Shown in pieces: positions 57,531 to 64,000 of a stretch of 64,000 nt of DNA. Positions within the stretch are counted from its first letter, which is position 1. Each line of letters opens with the position of its first letter. Source of the DNA: Macrostomum lignano (lineage: Eukaryota); contig NIVC01000688.1 of NCBI GenBank assembly GCA_002269645.1, forward strand, positions 1-64,000, in the 5' to 3' direction. Both the position numbers and the translations under genes were made by a program. The notes under the pieces are model-generated. The model ran no database searches. It saw nothing but the letters and a program-made list of their open reading frames with translations, and was not told the DNA's origin.

Positions 57531-59124
57531 GAGTCTGGACAATGGCAGTCAGTTTTTGCGAACAGGGAAAACAATATATGGCATTTAAAAGATTCTACAG
57601 AGGATTTGGAGATGATGTGGTAAATGGGATTCAAGTCATGGAATTTCAGCTGATGGATATCAGGAAATGGAATTCCGGTGATGGGAATTCCTCCCCTTTC
57701 TCCTCCGAAGGAGGAGTTCCACTCGTTTACTAAATTTATCATCAAATTTTGTCTAGCAACTTTAAACCTCATTTAAGTGATCGTAGTTGTCGGATTTGAG
57801 AAAATTGCAAAATCGCTGCTCATTTTTGTTGTTGCAGGGAGATGCAGCTGGTTGTGGATGCAGATGGCTGGATCTCCGGCCTGACAGACCAGGTGAGCGG
57901 CATCTGCGGTGCTGATGCGGCTGCAGCTGAGCAGCTGTGCTCAAATTTCCAGCTCGCCTTTGCAGGAGGAGGCGGATCGACAGAAACTGCAGCGGCTGGC
58001 CGTGGCGGGCGACTTGGCGGGGCTGCGGCGAGCGGCGACCCGCGGCAGCTGCGACCTGCCTAACCAATGGGGTCGCACCCCGTTGATGTGGGCAGCTAAC
58101 AAAAGCTCGTGCGTTGATGAGGCTCTGTGGGAGCAGCTGGCGCAGCTGGGTGACCCCACCTGTGCGAATAAATCGGCTAACAGTTGCCTGCATCTTGCAG
58201 CCATGGATGGCAATTCTGCCGCAGCCTCCGCTCTGCTGGCTGCCGGAGCCTCCGCCAATGTCTGGAATTTTCGGAACGCCACACCCCTCATGGAGGCAGC
58301 CATCCGTGCGCCCCCCGCCACCGCCGCAGTCGGTCGGGTTCTGCTGGACTCAGGGGCGGATTGGAGCCTGAAGAACCAATTAGGCAAGACTGCTCTGGAT
58401 TTTGCCACACAGAAGGGAAAGAGCGAACTGGCTGAGCTGCTGCGTGGGTGAGTTTCCATGGCGACTGAGAATGTCTCTCTGACTTTGATTTATCATTGAT
58501 AAACATTATGCTGTAATTTATGATTGAATATTGAGCAGCTGACTGCAGTTGCTCTGAGTGGGCATTTTTGCATTTTTGTAGTTTAAATGGGCAGCAGACA
58601 CTGACTGAGCTGCATTGAGGGAGTTTGCAGTGCAGTTTGACTGCAGATTGCCAGTTGAATATTAATGTTCAGCTGCCTGCGAGCTGTAAGACACCTGCAA
58701 GCCTGCAAGCAGTTTGCTGTGACAGCTGAGTTCAATTCTCTTATCTGATTTTTTAGGCTTTTCTGTTAATATTACAATAAAAGAGAAGGTATTTAAAAAT
58801 TTTATTTCATTCCTATTTTAACAAAAAGAAGAAACGAAGCACAGAGCATGGACTCTCAACTGAATTCCCCCTAACTTCAGACTCCGCACTGCCCATTTAG
58901 GTACGACGGCAAGATTTACTTCGAGGAGTCTCTGGCACTGCCGTGAGTTTTTCAAACCGTCAAACGGTATAAGAAATCAAATAATTAAATAAAAATTTCA
59001 CCTACAATATTTTTAGAAAGCCCAAACATGCCATGCGTTTAGAACCAGTTCATCGTCAACTGCCAAGGTATTACTAGAAGTCTGTACTGATTGAAATACT
59101 TTACTGAGTATCTGCTGCATTCTA

Positions 59125-62100
59125 CAGCTACAGCACACAGCTACAGCACACAGCTACAGCACACAGCTACAGCACACAGCTACAGCACACAGCTACAGCA
59201 CACAGCTACAGCACACACAGCTACAGCACACAGCTACAGCACACAGCTACAGCACACAGCTACAGCACACACAGCTACAGCACACACAGCTACAGCACAC
59301 ACAGCTACAGCACACACAGCTACAGCACACACAGCTACAGCACACAGCTACAGCACACAGCTACAGCACACAGCTACAGCACACAGCTACAGCACACAGC
59401 TACAGCACACACAGCTACAGCACACAGCTACAGCACACAGCTACAGCACACACAGCTACAGCACACAGCTACAGCACACAGCTACAGCACACAGCTACAG
59501 CACACAGCTACAGCACACAGCTACAGCACACAGCTACAGCACACAGCTACAGCACACAGCTACAGCACACAGCTACAGCACACAGCTACAGCACACAGCT
59601 ACAGCACACAGCTACAGCACACAGCTACAGCACACAGCTACAGCACACAGCTACAGCACACAGCTACAGCACACAGCTACAGCACACACAGCTACAGCAC
59701 ACACAGCTACAGCACACACAGCTACAGCACACAGCTACAGCACACACAGCTACAGCACACAGCTACAGCACACACAGCTACAGCACACACAGCTACAGCA
59801 CACACAGCTACAGCACACACAGCTACAGCACACACAGCTACAGCACACAGCTACAGCACACAGCTACAGCACACAGCTACAGCACACAGCTACAGCACAC
59901 AGCTACAGCACACAGCTACAGCACACAGCTACAGCACACACAGCTACAGCACACACAGCTACAGCACACAGCTACAGCACACAGCTACAGCACACAGCTA
60001 CAGCACACAGCTACAGCACACACAGCTACAGCACACAGCTACAGCACACACAGCTACAGCACACACAGCTACAGCACACACAGCTACAGCACACAGCTAC
60101 AGCACACACAGCTACAGCACACACAGCTACAGCACACACAGCTACAGCACACACAGCTACAGCACACACAGCTACAGCACACACAGCTACAGCACACACA
60201 GCTACAGCACACACAGCTACAGCACACACAGCTACAGCACACACAGCTACAGCACACACAGCTACAGCACACACAGCTACAGCACACACAGCTACAGCAC
60301 ACACAGCTACAGCACACACAGCTACAGCACACACAGCTACAGCACACACAGCTACAGCACACACAGCTACAGCACACACAGCTACAGCACACAGCTACAG
60401 CACACACAGCTACAGCACACACAGCTACAGCACACACAGCTACAGCACACACAGCTACAGCACACACAGCTACAGCACACACAGCTACAGCACACACAGC
60501 TACAGCACACACAGCTACAGCACACAGCTACAGCACACACAGCTACAGCACACACAGCTACAGCACACACAGCTACAGCACACACAGCTACAGCACACAG
60601 CTACAGCACACACAGCTACAGCACACACAGCTACAGCACACAGCTACAGCACACACAGCTACAGCACACACAGCTACAGCACACACAGCTACAGCACACA
60701 GCTACAGCACACACAGCTACAGCACACACAGCTACAGCACACAGCTACAGCACACACAGCTACAGCACACACAGCTACAGCACACACAGCTACAGCACAC
60801 AGCTACAGCACACAGCTACAGCACACACAGCTACAGCACACAGCTACAGCACACAGCTACAGCACACAGCTACAGCACACACAGCTACAGCACACACAGC
60901 TACAGCACACAGCTACAGCACACAGCTACAGCACACACAGCTACAGCACACACAGCTACAGCACACAGCTACAGCACACAGCTACAGCACACACAGCTAC
61001 AGCACACACAGCTACAGCACACACAGCTACAGCACACAGCTACAGCACACACAGCTACAGCACACACAGCTACAGCACACACAGCTACAGCACACACAGC
61101 TACAGCACACACAGCTACAGCACACACAGCTACAGCACACACAGCTACAGCACACACAGCTACAGCACACAGCTACAGCACACACAGCTACAGCACACAC
61201 AGCTACAGCACACACAGCTACAGCACACACAGCTACAGCACACAGCTACAGCACACAGCTACAGCACACACAGCTACAGCACACACAGCTACAGCACACA
61301 GCTACAGCACACAGCTACAGCACACACAGCTACAGCACACACAGCTACAGCACACAGCTACAGCACACACAGCTACAGCACACACAGCTACAGCACACAG
61401 CTACAGCACACACAGCTACAGCACACACAGCTACAGCACACACAGCTACAGCACACACAGCTACAGCACACACAGCTACAGCACACACAGCTACAGCACA
61501 CACAGCTACAGCACACACAGCTACAGCACACACAGCTACAGCACACACAGCTACAGCACACACAGCTACAGCACACACAGCTACAGCACACACAGCTACA
61601 GCACACACAGCTACAGCACACACAGCTACAGCACACAGCTACAGCACACACAGCTACAGCACACACAGCTACAGCACACACAGCTACAGCACACACAGCT
61701 ACAGCACACACAGCTACAGCACACACAGCTACAGCACACACAGCTACAGCACACAGCTACAGCACACACAGCTACAGCACACAGCTACAGCACACACAGC
61801 TACAGCACACACAGCTACAGCACACACAGCTACAGCACACAGCTACAGCACACACAGCTACAGCACACAGCTACAGCACACACAGCTACAGCACACACAG
61901 CTACAGCACACACAGCTACAGCACACACAGCTACAGCACACACAGCTACAGCACACACAGCTACAGCACACACAGCTACAGCACACACAGCTACAGCACA
62001 CAGCTACAGCACACAGCTACAGCACACACAGCTACAGCACACACAGCTACAGCACACACAGCTACAGCACACAGCTACAGCACACACAGCTACAGCACAC

Positions 62101-64000
62101 ACAGCTACAGCACACACAGCTACAGCACACAGCTACAGCACACAGCTACAGCACACAGCTACAGCACACACAGCTACAGCACACACAGCTACAGCACACA
62201 CAGCTACAGCACACAGCTACAGCACACAGCTACAGCACACACAGCTACAGCACACACAGCTACAGCACACAGCTACAGCACACAGCTACAGCACACACAG
62301 CTACAGCACACACAGCTACAGCACACACAGCTACAGCACACAGCTACAGCACACACAGCTACAGCACACACAGCTACAGCACACACAGCTACAGCACACA
62401 GCTACAGCACACACAGCTACAGCACACACAGCTACAGCACACACAGCTACAGCACACACAGCTACAGCACACACAGCTACAGCACACACAGCTACAGCAC
62501 ACACAGCTACAGCACACACAGCTACAGCACACACAGCTACAGCACACACAGCTACAGCACACACAGCTACAGCACACAGCTACAGCACACACAGCTACAG
62601 CACACACAGCTACAGCACACACAGCTACAGCACACACAGCTACAGCACACACAGCTACAGCACACACAGCTACAGCACACACTACAGCTACAGCACACAC
62701 AGCTACAGCACACACAGCTACAGCACACACAGCTACAGCACACACAGCTACAGCACACACAGCTACAGCACACAGCTACAGCACACACAGCTACAGCACA
62801 CAGCTACAGCACACACAGCTACAGCACACACAGCTACAGCACACACAGCTACAGCACACACAGCTACAGCACACACAGCTACAGCACACACAGCTACAGC
62901 ACACACAGCTACAGCACACAGCTACAGCACACAGCTACAGCACACAGCTACAGCACACACAGCTACAGCACACAGCTACAGCACACACAGCTACAGCACA
63001 CAGCTACAGCACACAGCTACAGCACACACAGCTACAGCACACACAGCTACAGCACACACAGCTACAGCACACAGCTACAGCACACACAGCTACAGCACAC
63101 ACAGCTACAGCACACAGCTACAGCACACACAGCTACAGCACACAGCTACAGCACACACAGCTACAGCACACACAGCTACAGCACACACAGCTACAGCACA
63201 CACAGCTACAGCACACACAGCTACAGCACACACAGCTACAGCACACACAGCTACAGCACACAGCTACAGCACACACAGCTACAGCACACACAGCTACAGC
63301 ACACACAGCTACAGCACACAGCTACAGCACACACAGCTACAGCACACACAGCTACAGCACACAGCTACAGCACACACAGCTACAGCACACACAGCTACAG
63401 CACACACAGCTACAGCACACAGCTACAGCACACAGCTACAGCACACACAGCTACAGCACACAGCTACAGCACACAGCTACAGCACACACAGCTACAGCAC
63501 ACACAGCTACAGCACACACAGCTACAGCACACAGCTACAGCACACAGCTACAGCACACACAGCTACAGCACACAGCTACAGCACACAGCTACAGCACACA
63601 GCTACAGCACACACAGCTACAGCACACACAGCTACAGCACACACAGCTACAGCACACACAGCTACAGCACACAGCTACAGCACACACAGCTACAGCACAC
63701 ACAGCTACAGCACACACAGCTACAGCACACAGCTACAGCACACAGCTACAGCACACACAGCTACAGCACACACAGCTACAGCACACACAGCTACAGCACA
63801 CACAGCTACAGCACACACAGCTACAGCACACACAGCTACAGCACACACAGCTACAGCACACACAGCTACAGCACACACAGCTACAGCACACACAGCTACA
63901 GCACACACAGCTACAGCACACACAGCTACAGCACACACAGCTACAGCACACACAGCTACAGCACACACAGCTACAGCACACACAGCTACAGCACACACAG
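59125..64000. repeat. Satellite of two units, CAGCTACAGCACA (13 bp) and CAGCTACAGCACACA (15 bp), running off the window
   Basis: At least 4.9 kb, made almost entirely of these two units. Confidence 0.98.

Noticed and set aside
57113-57772. 219-aa Leu/Ser-rich minus-strand ORF
   Set aside because: Product of the AG-rich low-complexity tract, antisense within an intron. A decayed LINE 3' end around 56790-57770 is possible but I could not support it.
59125-64000. CAVAV/CCSCV repeat ORFs
   Set aside because: Translations of the 13/15-bp satellite.

Overview
Repeat-rich eukaryotic (metazoan) genomic DNA with GT-AG introns and TTAGGG repeats. The GC-rich exons, minisatellite-filled introns and gene content suggest a free-living flatworm such as Macrostomum (inference only). 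Host genes, left to right: a frameshifted secreted PAN/apple + LamG-like gene (-); three tandem two-pore-domain K+ channel paralogues with identical 4-exon structure (-); an intronless PDZ + 3xLIM gene (-); LRRC72 (7 exons, -); CLINT1/epsinR (+, exon 1 not located); intronless GINS3/PSF3 (+); and an ankyrin-repeat gene (+). The ankyrin gene's second exon is split by a young, 5'-truncated RNase H-bearing LINE with a 12-bp target-site duplication. Mobile elements also include an RTE fragment, a long-TIR Tc1/mariner-type deletion derivative, a hAT-type MITE, a Tc1 remnant, a DD34D mariner, two decayed Ty3/gypsy elements and two tRNA-derived SINE families (one CORE-like). The most unusual pattern is that intronic tandem arrays are built from RNA-processing-like motifs on the sense strand (AATAAA, GTGAGT, pyrimidine+CAG, CTAAC) and often end at or just before the real splice acceptor. 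All calls were made by eye, without database searches.
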